The notes under the pieces are model-generated. The model was not told the DNA's origin, ran no database searches, and was given only the letters and a program-made list of their open reading frames with translations. The translations under genes were made by a program, and so were the position numbers. Positions 23,925-39,022 of a DNA stretch of 64,000 nucleotides are shown piece after piece (the stretch's first letter is position 1; each line of letters opens with the position of its first letter). The stretch lies in NCBI GenBank assembly GCA_964016885.1, contig OZ024763.1:2046001-2110000 (forward strand), read 5' to 3'. This DNA is from Eledone cirrhosa (lineage: Eukaryota).

Positions 23925-25325
23925 TGGTGGTGGTGGTGGTGTGGTGGTGGTAGTGGTGTGGTGGTGGTGGCGGTGTGGTGGTGTGGTGGTGGTGTGGTGT
24001 GGTGGTGGTGGTGGTGTGGTGGTGGTGGTGGTGGTGTGGTGGTGGTGTGGTGGTGTGGTGTGGTGGTGGTGTGGTGGTGGTGTGGTGGTGGTGGTGTGGT
24101 GGTGGTGGTGTGTTGGAATGGTGTGGCGTGGTGGTGTGGTGTGGTGGTGTTGTGTGGTGGGGTGGTGTGGTGGTGGTGGTGGTGGTGCTGGTGGTGGTGG
24201 TGAGGTTGGTGGTGGTGGTGTGGTGGTGTGGTGGTGCGGTGGGGTGGTAGTGGTTGTAATGTTTTGTGATGGTGTCGTGCTGGTTGTGTTGATGATGGTA
24301 GTGGTTGTGGTGGTGATGATGCTGTTGTTGGTGATGACTGTGATGATGATGGTGTTAGTGGTGGTGGTGTCGATGGTGTTGTTGGCAATGTTGGTGATGT
24401 TAATGATGCTGATGGTGTCGGTGGTGATGTAGGTGGTATTTGTGATGGTGGTGTCGGTGGTGTCATTGGTGATGATAATGATGATGATAGTGGTGGTGGT
24501 GCTGTCATTGGTGTTGTAAGTAATGTTGGTGTCGGCGGTAGTGGTGGTGGTGGTGGTGTTGGTGGTGATGTCGATGGTAGTGGTGGTGGGGGGTGTCGAT
24601 GGTAATGGTAGTGGTGGTGGTGTCGATGGTAGTGGTGGTGGTGTCGGTGGTAATGGTGGTGTCGGTGGTAATATTGGTGGTGGTGTCGATGCTAATGGTG
24701 GTGGTGGTGGTGGTGTTGATGGTAGTGGTGGTGGTGGTGGTGTCGATGGTAATGGTGGTGGTGGTGGTAATGGTGGTGGTGTCGATGCTAATGGTGGTGG
24801 TGGTGGTGTCGATGGTAATTGTTGATGGTGGTGGTGTTGGTGGTAATGGTGGTGGTGGTGGTGGTGGTGGTGGTGTCGGTGGTAATGGTGGTGGTGGTGG
24901 TGTCGGTGGTAATATTGGTGGTGGTGTCGATGGTAATGATGGTGGTGTCGGTGGTAATGGTGGTGGTGGTGGTGGTGTCGGTGGTAATGGTGGTGGTGGT
25001 GGTGGTGTCGGTGGTAATGGTGGTGGTGGTGGTGTCGATGGTAATTGTTGATGGTGGTGGTGTTGGTGGTAATGGTGGTGGTGGTGGTGGTGGTGGTGTC
25101 GGTGGTAATGGTGGTGGTGGTGGTGTCGGTGGTAATATTGGTGGTGGTGTCGATGGTAATGATGGTGGTGTCGGTGGTAATGGTGGTGGTGGTGGTGGTG
25201 TCGGTGGTAATGGTGGTGGTGGTGGTGTCGGTGGTAATATTGGTGGTGGTGTCGATGGTAATGATGGTGGTGTCGGTGGTAATGATGGTGGTGGTGGTGG
25301 TGGTGTCGGTGGTAATGCCAGTGGT
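23925..25325. repeat. (GGT)n-derived compound repeat with GTC/AAT variants
   Basis: Direct inspection. Confidence 0.95.
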
Positions 25326-25362
25326 ATAAGAGAATGTTAACCTGATTGAAACAGTAACGAGG

Positions 25363-25407
<45 letters not shown>

Positions 25408-25739
25408 GGGGGGGGTATGTGAGAGTGGGCTTTCCTTAACAAATTGCTAATTATTGTCTAATTATTTAACTGTTTGCTAAAAGGCGTTCGGAAAATAAAA
25501 ATAAAAAAAATGTTCATATAAGTTCAGAGTAGGCAAGTAGGTCCCTTATATTTCAGTTGTTGTTGTTGTTGTTGCTGCTGTTGTTGCTGTTGTTGCTGCT
25601 GTTGTTGTTGTTGTTGTTGTTGTTGCTGGAGCTGTGGAAAGAAATAACTTTTTAGATATATACCCCTCTATGTCTTTTGGGGTCTAGTTGTGTGTTTCCT
25701 TGTGTGTGTGTGTGCCTATATACATATATATATACACAC

Positions 25740-25770
<31 letters not shown>

Positions 25771-25824
25771 TATATATATACATATATATATATACATATA
25801 CATATATATATATATATATATGTG

Positions 25825-25857
<33 letters not shown>

Positions 25858-25975
25858 GCGATATGGTCTGGAATTAGCTGTCGAAATGGAAAGAGCTCAG
25901 CCGACAGGCCCTGACTCTTTCTAATATCTATCTATCTATCTATATATATATATATATATGTGTGTGTATATATAT

Positions 25976-26010
<35 letters not shown>

Positions 26011-26081
26011 ATATATAGAAGTTTGGTGGTTCACCACTCGATAAAAAACTTTGAAAGAATTTCACCAGTCCAGCCTCCTGT

Positions 26082-26121
<40 letters not shown>

Positions 26122-26497
26122 TTATGTATTTACATGTGTATAATACTCTTGTAGTTGTTTTGGCCGACTGGCTGAGGTCATGCTGGAGCACTGCCATTAT
26201 AAAGTGTTAAACACTTTCAATTGATTTTCGGATTTGTTGGACCCTGAACGGAAGGCATGCACATCATCGAATAAACGACACATATATATATAATATATAT
26301 ATATAATATATATATATATACATACATGTGTGTGTGTGTGTGTGTGCCCACATGTATGTCGAATAATCAAACAGTGAGGATTAAGTACTCAATACATTAC
26401 TACATGTGAGCAGAATATATACTTCATATTTCTAAAGGAATTTTTTATCCGGGAGAAAAAAATATACACACACTCACTTCTCACTCTCTCTCTCTCT

Positions 26498-26530
<33 letters not shown>

Positions 26531-26859
26531 CCTCCCAAGTGTGTCCCAGCCCCACTCTATACACACACACACACATATATATACACACATATATATATAT
26601 ACACACACACTTCTCCATTGTAACCCCTACCACGACTCTCCACATGCACACACACACACACATATATATATAGATATACACACCTCGCCAGTGTGACCCC
26701 CTCACCCACATCACACCCACCCACATATATACAACAAACACACACAACACACACATATATATACACACCAACACACATATATATATATATATATACACAC
26801 ACACCTCCCAGTGTTAACCCCTCCAACACACACAAAAACTCTCTACACATAATTTAATT

Positions 26860-26954
26860 ATTTCTACTTTTGGCACAAGGCCAGCAAATTACCCAGTGTA
26901 TTACTGGTACTTTATTTTATCGACCCCCGTAAGGATGAAAGGCAAAGTTAACCT
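26860..26954 (-). mobile_element. SINE family B 3' fragment
   Basis: Reverse complement of the body and tail. Confidence 0.8.
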
Positions 26955-27065
26955 TAATTTAATGACAACTTCTACCAATATTTCAAAGCTATTCTAAGGA
27001 ATTTCAACCATTTCTGGAGACTTTATATTCTTCAAGTTGGTATGTACCAGTTTACCTTAAATATT

Positions 27066-27310
27066 TATTTCTTTATTAGCCACAGGGGCACAAAAGAAGG
27101 GGACAAATACAAAGGGGGAAGTTTACATACAATAAAAACGTGTAAAATGTTATCTTAAATATTGCAGAGACTTTAACACACACGTGTATATCATGACTCC
27201 TGCACTGTTCATTTTCCTGACGTTTGTGCATTACCCTATGTACTATACATGCACCTTTGATGAGTTGTAGTGCACCTGAGCACTGTACACAATATTTCAT
27301 TATTATTATA
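27066..27310. mobile_element. Tx1-like 3' end (27066-27155, -) next to a CR1 3' UTR fragment (27180-27310, +)
   Basis: These match 32400-32491 and 22885-23024 respectively. Confidence 0.7.
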
Positions 27311-27372
27311 TACCCCATCCACTTCCTCCTTGCCATCTTGTTGTTCTTGTTTCATGTTTACCTCATTTCTAT

Positions 27373-28080
27373 GGTGTGTGTTTGTGTTTGTCTGTGTGTG
27401 TGTGTGTCTGTGTATGTGTGTTTGTGTGTGTGTTTGTATGTGTGTTTGTGTGTGTGTCTGTGTATGTGTGTTTGTGTGTGTGTTTGTATGTGTGTGTGTG
27501 TGTGTCAGTGTGTGTGTCTGTGTGTATCATTGTGTTTATTTGTGTGTGTGTGTGTGTCAGTGTGTGTGTATGTGTATCATTGTGTTTATTTGTGTGTGTG
27601 TGTGTGTGTTTGTATGTTTGTATGTGTGTGTGTCAGTGTGTATCTGTGTATCAGTGTTTATTTGTGTGTGTGTGTGTTTGTATGTGTGTCAGTGTGTGTG
27701 TCAGTGTGTATCTCTGTGTGTATCATTGTTTATTTGTGTGTGTGTGTTTGTATGTGTGTGTGTCTGTCAGTGTGTATGTATGCATGTGTGTGTGTGTCAG
27801 TGTGTATCTCTGTGTGTATCATTGTGTTTATTTGTGCGTGTGTGTGTGTGTGTGTTTGTGTGTGTCAGTGTGTATGTATTCATGTGTGCGTGTGTATGCA
27901 TGTGTGTGTGTGTGTTTGTATGTGTGTGTGTGTCAGTGTGTATGTATGCATGTGTGCATGTGGTTGTATGTGTGTGTGTCTGTGTATGTATGCATGTGTG
28001 CGTGTGTATGCATGTGTGAGCATGTATGCATGTGTGTGTATGTGTGTGTGTGTATGCGTGTGTCTGTGTGCATGTGTGTA
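27373..28080. repeat. (TG)n compound microsatellite
   Basis: Direct inspection. Confidence 0.95.
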
Positions 28081-28263
28081 TTATAATTTTGTGTGTTAAA
28101 TATCCTAGAAACAACAACGGTACCACCACCATCATCATCATCACTACCTCAACCACCACCACCACCACCACCACCTCCACAATCACCACCAACAACAACA
28201 ACAAGAAAAATACAAAAATTAAACTCTTGAGAAATGTTTGTTTACTTGTATGGACTGAAAAGG

Positions 28264-28310
<47 letters not shown>

Positions 28311-28351
28311 TCATCATCAAACATAGATAAATACATACATATATGTATATA

Positions 28352-28682
28352 TATCATCATCATCAGCATCATCATACATCCGCTTGCAAGGGTGGGACGG
28401 GAACTGATTCTGGCTTGATTTCTACAGCTGGATGCCCTTCCTAACACCAACCTCATTTACAGTGAGTGTTGGGTGCTTTTTTGCCGTGTCACCTCCACGA
28501 CCACTTTGCAGTGGAATGATATGGACCCCAGTCCTATCATCTCATTTCTCCAGCTGAGTAAACTGGAGCAATGTGAAATAAAGTGTCTTGCTCAAGGAAA
28601 CAACACATCACTCGGTCTGAGAATTGAACTCACAACCTTTCGATTGCAAGCCCAATGCTCTAACCACTAAGCCATGTGCCGC
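28352..28682 (-). mobile_element. Full-length SINE family A
   Basis: Reverse complement of 6917-7270. Confidence 0.85.
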
Positions 28683-29175
28683 TATATATATATATATACA
28701 CATATATCTTCATCATCATCATCATTTCCCTGCTGACAAGGAAAACAAACATTTGATGATGGTCATGATGATGATGATGATGATGATGATTTTGATGATG
28801 ATGATTTTAACGAAGATTCTAATGTTGGAAAACAACTATGTTGTTACTAATGTAGATGATGGTGATGATGATGATGCATATATTTTTCTCCTTTCCATCA
28901 GATAATTCATCATATACTAAGTGTACCCACTGGTCTCAAATAATTGCCCTCCCCCACCCCACCTTATCAATTTTTCAGATTTTTTCCAAACCTATCTTCT
29001 ATCTGCCCTACTTCTATATCCACCCCACTAATTAAATTTTACTAATCTATCCCCGGTGAAATTTTATTTTAAGTGGTAGCATTCCTGCGACAATTTTCTT
29101 TAGACATTAAAAAAACATTATACATGACAAAATAAAAGCAAAGTACATTACTATAAATTCCATAGGTTATAGTGA

Positions 29176-29387
29176 TTTCTAGTATAGGCTCAAGGCCAGT
29201 AATTGGGGGGGGGGAAAGTCAATTAAATCGATCCCAGTACATTACTGGTACTTTATTTTATTGGACCCCATAAAGATGAAAGGCAAAGTTAACCTCGGCG
29301 GGATTTGAACTCAGACCGTAAAGGGCCGTAACTCTGTGCTGCAAAGCATGGCGTCTGACCCTCTACCGATACTGCCAATCCACTGCC

Positions 29388-29390
<3 letters not shown>
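29176..29390 (-). mobile_element. SINE family B copy
   Basis: Reverse complement of the family B head, body and tail. Confidence 0.85.
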
Positions 29391-29418
<28 letters not shown>

Positions 29419-29421
<3 letters not shown>

Positions 29422-29496
29422 CTTACATATTGAGACCCCACCACGTCCCATATATATATATATATGGGACGTGGTGGGGTCTCAATATGTAAGCTA
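29419..29496. repeat. Perfect 78-bp palindrome centred on (AT)8
   Basis: TAGCTTACATATTGAGACCCCACCACGTCCC-(AT)8-GGGACGTGGTGGGGTCTCAATATGTAAGCTA. Confidence 0.92.
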
Positions 29497-30398
29497 AACG
29501 ACTAATTGTGGTTTTTTTTTTAAATAATCAATTGAGGCAACCTAGAAAGAAATTAGTGATTTTCCAACCACCACCTTGCTGATTCCAACTCCCCCTTTAC
29601 CCCCTATTTATCCCCACCACCTAGTTTAGTCACTACTCTCCCACCCACCCCCTATTATTTGGGACCCGAGATTAATCAGTTTCATTTTTGACATCTCAGT
29701 CTAACGTGAGAGAATTATATATCCCTTGTTATTTGATTTCTCGTTTGATCTTCCCTTAATTAACTAAATTACTGTTTCATCTAACGAGTATTTCACACAC
29801 ATACACACACACACAAACATACATACACACATACACACACACATACACAAACACACACACGCACACACACACAAACATACAGACACAGACACACACACAC
29901 ACACACATACATGCCCCCCCCCCCCACACACACACGTCAAAATTGTATTACTGTTCTACCTGAAAACCTAATTAAATTGTTGTTTGATGTAAACACTCAC
30001 CTATAGAGTTTTTACCTGTATTGCTGTCTACACTCTTTCTCTCACTCACTCTATCTCCTTCTCTCTTTTTCTCCTCTCTCTCATTATTTCTATCTCTATC
30101 TCCCTCCCTCTCACTCATGCTCTATCTCTCTTTTTTTCTTTCTCTCTCTTTCATTCACTCTCTCTCTCTCTCTCTCAACCCACTTTCTTCTTCCCACTTA
30201 GTCTGTTTGTCTCTCTCTTTCTCTCTCCATCTCCCTCTTTGTCCCTCTTTTCTTTTGTACCCCCCCCACCCCTCCCCTCTCTCTCTTCTTTCAATCTCTC
30301 CCTCTCCCAACCCACTCCCACCACAAGATCTTGTTTATAGCGATCAACTGTTAAATTATTTTCTCAATTTGGGATCCATGCATCTTTATATATACATA

Positions 30399-30496
30399 CA
30401 GGGTGTCCCCCAAAAATGTATACACACTGATTACTTGTATAGGCAATATTTATTAGAATGCTGTTGAAGTGTGTATACATTTTTTAGGACACCCTG
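30399..30496. mobile_element. Tc1/mariner-type MITE (~100 bp) with TA TSD
   Basis: TA-CAGGGTGTCCCCCAAAAATGTATACACACT ... AGTGTGTATACATTTTTTAGGACACCCTG-TA. A diverged reverse copy lies at 45339-45437. Confidence 0.8.
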
Positions 30497-30500
30497 TACA

Positions 30501-30544
<44 letters not shown>

Positions 30545-30545
30545 T

Positions 30546-30760
30546 GAAGGCGTGTGGCTGAGTGGTTAGAGAATTGGATTCGCAATCGTGAGGTTGTGAG
30601 TTCGATTCCTGGACCAGGCGATGCGTTATGTCCTTGAGCAAGACACTTTATTTCACGTTGCTCCTTCTACCTGGAGTTGCGACCGATAGATAGTATTAGC
30701 AATTGGAAAGACCAACGGAAACATTGTTTCCTCGGTCCGATTTGACGAAAGTCGATCGAT
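30546..30760 (+). mobile_element. CORE-SINE variant A2, full length
   Basis: A-box TGGCTGAGTGG, B-box GAGTTCGATTC and the start of CORE, followed by a non-RTE 3' module. Confidence 0.8.
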
Positions 30761-30897
30761 CCTTAAAATATATATATAGGAACAAGTAAGACAGGGGGTC
30801 TTGGGGTCTTACTTGTTCCTATTACCCACTCTACTACCCTAAGTATTGAGTACTTTGGTGCGTTATGGTCCACCTGGTTCCTTACCACATTTCCTTC

Positions 30898-30954
<57 letters not shown>

Positions 30955-30989
30955 TATTATTAGTTTTACACTTGATATAGTAGGGAAAG

Positions 30990-31025
30990 TCTTAACGTTT
31001 CGGGCGCTAGTCCTTCATCAGAAAA
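30990..31025 (-). ncRNA. Minimal hammerhead motif (P5)
   Basis: Minus strand reads TTTT-CTGATGA-A-GGAC(TAGC)GCCC-GAAA-CG-TT-AAGA, with a palindromic AACGTT stem III. Confidence 0.55.
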
Positions 31026-31107
31026 TAGAATAAGAAATTAAAGAATTAAAGAAGAAATAGAAAGGTTGAGGAGACGGTTGTCTTTTGCATATATATATGT
31101 GTGTATA

Positions 31108-31360
31108 TATCATCATCATCATCATCATCGTTTAACGTCCATTTTCCACGCTTGCATGGGTTTGGACGGGAGTTTTCCCACTTGAGGCAAGATTGGTTGT
31201 CTTGCTCGTATAGGACTGTCTGGCGGGTTTTCTACGGCTGGATGCCCTTCCTAACACCAACCACGTTTACAGTGTGGGGCTGGGAGGTTTTTACCGTGTT
31301 ACCTACACGGCCACATTACAGCGTGGACTGTGTGTTTTTTTGTCGTGACACCTACACGAC
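31108..31360 (-). mobile_element. Headless RTE-tailed SINE fragment
   Basis: (CAT)n tail and the GGATGCCCTTCCTAACACCAACC motif. Confidence 0.75.
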
Positions 31361-31507
31361 CTCATTTGTTTCGGCCTGGATGGTGTGGTACCAACATAAC
31401 TTTACATTGAAAGGGGTGGTGTGGATGGGGTGGGGGTGTATTTTGGTTAGAGGTGCCAACTGACTGTAGTAGGTTTTACTTTGTATTTAGGCAAGGCGGG
31501 TCTTCTG

Positions 31508-31538
<31 letters not shown>

Positions 31539-31583
31539 TCCTACCTCCCCTCTCCTCTCTCTCTCTTTCTCTCTCCCCTCTCA

Positions 31584-31623
<40 letters not shown>

Positions 31624-32039
31624 ACTCTCCCTTCCCCCTTCCCCTCTCCCCAACTCTATCCCCCCTTCCCCAACTATATCCCCATCTCCCCCCTCCCTCT
31701 CCCATCTACATGAGAAAATATCTTCTCTTCTTTCTCTCAACTTTAATTCTGAGTGGAACAATTTTATTGTCTGCCCTATTAACCTTATATCTGTCTGTCT
31801 GTCAGTTGGCCTACCTGTCTATTTGTCTATTTATCTGCTTGTCTGTCTATATGTCCATCTGTCTGTGTGTCTATATGGTTGCCTGTCTGTCAGCTTGCCT
31901 GTGTGTCTATTTGTCTCTATGTCTATATATCAGCCTGTGTGTCTGGCTGTTCTTGGCTACATTCCACAGGGTCTGCACATCAACATGTCTTAGATCAGTT
32001 TTGCATATCTATCCATCCATCCATCTATCTATGTATCTA

Positions 32040-32950
32040 TGGTGGACGAGGTTGAAAGGGCTGAGGTCAGACACCTTTCTCTCCGGCCAACAACTGATTC
32101 TTTTTTTCAAATACCACTTTGGAAGAAGAATCAAGATGGAGAGAGAGGTGCTGTACCACAGGATGGAGAGAGAGGTGCTGTACCCCAGCAAGTTTTATGA
32201 AAGGTGGGTGAAAGTGGCGAGAATGGGCCTTCTCTCTATATCAGCCTGTAGGTTGAGGAAAAGGAGGAAGAGAGGAAAGGGGTACTCACTCTTTGTACTC
32301 CTGGAGATGAGGGTTGTACATTTTTTCGGGGGGTATGTGTTACCCATATGTAATGTCTCCCCTATTGGGGAAAATCGATTAACTTTTAAATTGCATTTGT
32401 GATAATATTTTACACGTTTTTTTTATTGTATGTAAACTTCCCCCTTTGTATTTGTCCCCTTCTTTTGTGCCCCTGTGGCTAATAAAGAAACATATCTATC
32501 TATCTCTCTATCTCTAGGTTGAGAGGACTGAGGACAGATGCCTTTCTCTCCGGACAACAATTGATTCCCTTCTTTAAGTATCACTTTAGAAGGAGAATCA
32601 GGGTGGAGAGAGAGGCACTGCACCCCAGTAAATTTACTGAAAGGTGGGTGAATGAAGCGAAAATGGCCCGAGTGATTGGGCCTTCTCTGTTTATAAGCCT
32701 GTAGGTTGAGGAAGAGAGCAAAAGGAAGAAAGGAGCACTTGCACAATACGCTCCTCGAGTTGAGGGTTGTTCTATCGACGGGGTATTAAACAACCCATTT
32801 GTGGCGCCTCCCTCCCTATTGGGGATTTCGATTGTTGAAATTGTTTGTTTTTATATTTTTTACAGGACTGTATGTAAAATCCCCGGCATGTCTTTGTATT
32901 GTCCCCTTTCTTGTTGCGCCCTTGTGGCTAATAAAGAAATCTATCTATCA
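32040..32950 (+). mobile_element. Two tandem Tx1/L1-like LINE 3' fragments (32040-32491 and 32517-32940) in (TATC)n
   Basis: Translation WWTRLKG...FFKYHF.RRI..EREVL.PSKF.ERWV. Both copies end GTGGCTAATAAAGAAA followed by (TATC)n. The clade assignment is by motif resemblance only. Confidence 0.6.
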
Positions 32951-33184
32951 GTCTGGTGGCAAATAAAAGAAACATATCTATCTATCTGTTGTTATAGTTG
33001 TTGTTATAGGTGATAATTTCCTACCACACATCATCATCTTCTATCTGTCTATCTCTGTCTGTCTGTCTGTCTGTCTGACCAGTCATTTATCTATCTATCT
33101 ATCTGTCTGTCTGTGTGTGTATGTCCAGCTATCCATCTATCTATCTATCTATCTATCTGTGGTTGTTATATGTCATAACTCCTC

Positions 33185-33410
33185 CACCACCACACCACAT
33201 CATCATCATCATCAACAAAAACATCATCATCAACAACAAAAACATCATAATCATCAACAAAAACATCATCATCATCATCAAAAACATCATCATCCTCATC
33301 ATCAAAAACATCATCATCATCATCATCATCACCATCAACAAAAACATCATCATCATCATCATCATCAACAAAAACATCATCATCACCATCATCATCACCA
33401 TCACCATCTA
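33185..33410. repeat. (CAT)n repeat punctuated by CAAAAA
   Basis: Direct inspection. Confidence 0.9.
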
Positions 33411-33704
33411 ACATCTCTTCTGTTCCTCCATACATTACTCAACTGTCAGATTCTGACAGTTTTTTCACTCCAGTTTGTGTATTCAGTTCTCCCATTACAC
33501 ACCAGGGAGAAGTAGGGGGGGGGGGTGTAGGGGCTGGATGGTACTGGACAACACTGCCTCCCCCACCCCCACCCTTCTCAACAGCGCACCCACCCCAACC
33601 CCCATACCCCCCACTCTCAGATTTAGGAAATAGGGTTCATTGAATGGACCCAAACGAAACATCCTGGAATATGTTCCTTACCAAATGAATGTCCATCCAG
33701 AAAG

Positions 33705-33827
33705 TTGTGTGTATATATATATATATATGTATATATAACTGTGTGTATATATATATGTATATATAACTGTGTGTATATATATATGTATATATAACTGTGT
33801 GTATATATATATATATGTATATATAAC

Positions 33828-33859
<32 letters not shown>

Positions 33860-33898
33860 GTAACTGTGTGTATATATATATATATATGTATATATAAC

Positions 33899-33955
<57 letters not shown>

Positions 33956-33956
33956 C

Positions 33957-33988
<32 letters not shown>

Positions 33989-34184
33989 ACTGTGTGTATA
34001 TATATATATATATATATATAGTAACTGTGTGTATATATATATATATATGTATATATAACTGTGTGTATATATATATATATATATATAGTAACTGTGTGTA
34101 TATATATATATATATGTATATATAACTGTGTATATATATATATATAGTAACTGTGTGTATATATATATATATATGTATATATAA

Positions 34185-34220
<36 letters not shown>

Positions 34221-34304
34221 ACTGTGTGTATATATATATATGTATATATAACTGTGTATATATATATATATGTATATAGTAACTGTGTATATATATATAT
34301 ATAA

Positions 34305-34348
<44 letters not shown>

Positions 34349-34518
34349 CTGTGTATATATATATATATGTATATATAACTGTGTATATATATATAGTAAC
34401 TGTATATATATATATATATGTATATAACTGTGTATATATATATATATATATTTATGTATATATAACTGTGTATATATATTTATGTATATATAACTGTGTG
34501 TATATATATATATATATA
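33705..34518. repeat. AACTGTGTG(TA)n variable-length minisatellite
   Basis: Direct inspection. Confidence 0.9.
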
Positions 34519-35061
34519 CCCGACCTCCCATGGGTACAAGCCGAAGCTGAAGCATGTAGACAATATGCCCCCACACCCTCCCACTGTAAAGTGGACGTGG
34601 AGGTGCCACGGCAAAAAAAGCACCCAGCCCACACTGTAAAGTGGACGTGGAGGTGCCACGGCAAAAAAAAGCACCCAGCCCACACTGTAAAGTGGACGTG
34701 GAGGTGCCACGGCAAAAAAAAGCACCCAGCCCACACTGTAAAGTGGACGTGTAAGTGTCACGGCAAAAAAAAGCACCCAGCCCACACTGTAAAGTGGACG
34801 TGTAAGTGTCACGGCAAAAAAAAGCACCCAGCCCACACTGTAAAGTGGACATGTAGGTGCCACGGCAGAAAAGCACCCAGCACTCACTGTAAATGAGGTT
34901 GGTGTTAGGAAGGGCATCCAGCTGTAGAAATCGAGCCAGAATCAGTTCCTGTATGAGCAAGGCAAGGTCAGCCGACCAGACACTGCCCACAACAGGACAA
35001 CCCGTCTAACCCATGCTAGCGTAGAAGAACGTACGTAAAACGGTGATGATGATGATGATGA
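34519..35061 (+). mobile_element. Headless SINE-A-related element with an internal 50-51 bp tandem repeat (6 copies, 34582-34885)
   Basis: Unit CACTGTAAAGTGGACGTGGAGGTGCCACGGCAAAAAAAAGCACCCAGCCCA. There is one unit at 7088-7135 and two units in the 14940-15035 and 40140-40230 copies. Confidence 0.85.
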
Positions 35062-35210
35062 TATATATAGTAACTGCACTTGACTTGTAGAAATTACTTA
35101 GCAAATATGAAAGGAATTTGATGTCTTGAAATCTCATAACGGTCTTACTAATTATTGCCAAAGCTGTTTCCCTTAAGTCTAACTAGTATTGACAGGATTC
35201 TCTCATTGGG

Positions 35211-36866
<1,656 letters not shown>

Positions 36867-37079
36867 ACCACCCTCTCTACCCCTCTCTATCTCTTCCCCC
36901 TCTCTCCCCTCTCCCCACTACCTGGTATAGTCCCTTGGAGTGGTATATTCCACCATGTAATGCTAACTATAATGACCAATTATACCTTATAGTTAATATT
37001 GCCTTCAGCAGTTGGTGGCAACTAGCTTGGCTTTTCACTTGGACTGGTACACACAGTACTGGCTAGACAGCTGAGGAAA

Positions 37080-37852
37080 CCATCATCAATACCACCACCA
37101 TCACCACCACCATCATTACTATCACAAACACCTTCACTATCAACACCGCCACCACCAACACTATCTCCAACACCACCACTACCACCACCACCACCACCAC
37201 CACCGACACCACTATCAATACCATCACCACCAATACCACCACCACCACCACCACCAACACTATCTCAAACACCACCACTACCACCAACACTATCTCAAAC
37301 ACCACCACTACCACCAACACTATCTCAAACACCACCACTACCACCAACACTATCTCAAACACCACCACCACCACCACTACCACCAACACTATCTCAAACA
37401 CCACCACTACCACCAATACTATCTCAAACACCACCACCACTACCACCACCACCAACACTATCTCAAACACCACCACTAGCACCACTACCACCACCACCGA
37501 CACCACTATCAACACCACCAACACCACCACTACCACTACCACCACCACTACCACCACCACCACCACCACCGACACCACTATCAACACCACCACCACCACC
37601 ACCACCACCAACACTATCTCAAACACCACCACTAGCACCACTACCACCACCAACACTATCTCAAACACTACCACCACCACCACCACCAACACTATCTCAA
37701 ACACCACCACTAGCACCACTACCACCACCACCACCAACACTATCTCAAACACTACCACCACCACCACCACCAACACTATCTCAAACACCACCACTACCAC
37801 CAACACCACCACCAACACCACCACTACCACCACCACCAACACCACTATCAAT
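37080..37852. repeat. (ACC)n-derived repeat with recurring CAACACTATCTCAAACACC
   Basis: Direct inspection. Confidence 0.92.
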
Positions 37853-38509
37853 ACCCCCCCCCCACCCCCACCACACCCTCCCCAATAAACTGTTCCAATC
37901 TACATTTCCAGTGCCTGTAGCTTCATTAGTTCTCCATTAACTCATTACCTTTCTTATATATATATACACACACACATATATACACACATATATACCTACA
38001 TATACATATATATATACACACACACATATATACGCATATATATATATATATACACACATATTACCTACATATATATATATATACATATATACACTTACAC
38101 ATAAAAACAATTATATAGACACATTTACACACATACAAACATACACACTCACACACTCATACACACACACACGTATAAATACACTCCCATGCATACACAT
38201 GTATGCATACACACATACATACATACATATACGTATATACATACACATGAATACGCTCACACATACACCCCCCCACCATCACACACACACACCCCACCCA
38301 CGTACACACTACTTATTTCTAAGTGTTCACTTTATTGATAATTCTGGCAAGATGACAAATTCTGTGTTACTGCCCCCCCCCCCCTCCATCCATCCCTCCT
38401 TCCCTTGCCTTCCCCCCTTTCTTCTTGATTAAGGTGTTGGGAGGTGTGACGCCATTGTGACATATAGTGAGTCTTGGTTGAGGTGTTGGGAGGTGTGACA
38501 CCATTGCAA

Positions 38510-38945
38510 CATAACCTTCCATCATAATTATATATAAGAGCCTTTGTTAAGTTATGTTCCAAAGACTAACAGTGTATTCCATTAGAAATGATGAAATGGT
38601 TAAAGTGTTTATATATATCTAAAATCTTTCCACCATAAATTAATGTAAGAACCTTTGTTAAGTTACGTTCCAAACACCAGCTTAACCTTTTCTTTATTAA
38701 AACCTTCCATCATAATTCTATGTTAAGAACCTTTGTTAAGTTACATTCCAAACACCAGCTTAACCTTTTCTTTATTAAAACCTTCCATCATAATTTTAAG
38801 TAAGAACCTTTGTTAAGTTACATTCCAAACACCCCAGGTTCTACAATACAAAACTATTTGTTTTAAAATGTTTATATTTATCTAAAAACCTTCCATCATA
38901 ATTCTATGTATGAACTTTGTTAAGTTACGTTCCAAACACCAGCTT
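38510..38945 (+). repeat. Degenerate tandem copies (~5) of a segment related to the interior of MITE M1
   Basis: AAAACCTTCCATCATAATTCTATGTAAGAACCTTTGTTAAGTT resembles 3459-3502. Confidence 0.55.
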
Positions 38946-39022
38946 AGTATTATTTATCAATTTGTTATTTAATATTCTTTTTGTTTTCTTCTATTTATTT
39001 ATTTCATTTTAATTTCTTCCAG

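Noticed and set aside
23901-25442. 513-aa Thr/Pro/His-rich mucin- or extensin-like ORF
   Set aside because: It is a (GGT/ACC)n compound repeat that shifts between poly-T, poly-H and poly-P frames and begins in a (CT)n tract. I saw no credible splice signals.
28925-29675. Possible MITE with GGTCTCAAATAAT / ATTATTTTGGGACC termini enclosing the SINE and palindrome
   Set aside because: The inverted match is short and imperfect, with no clear TSD and no second copy in the window.
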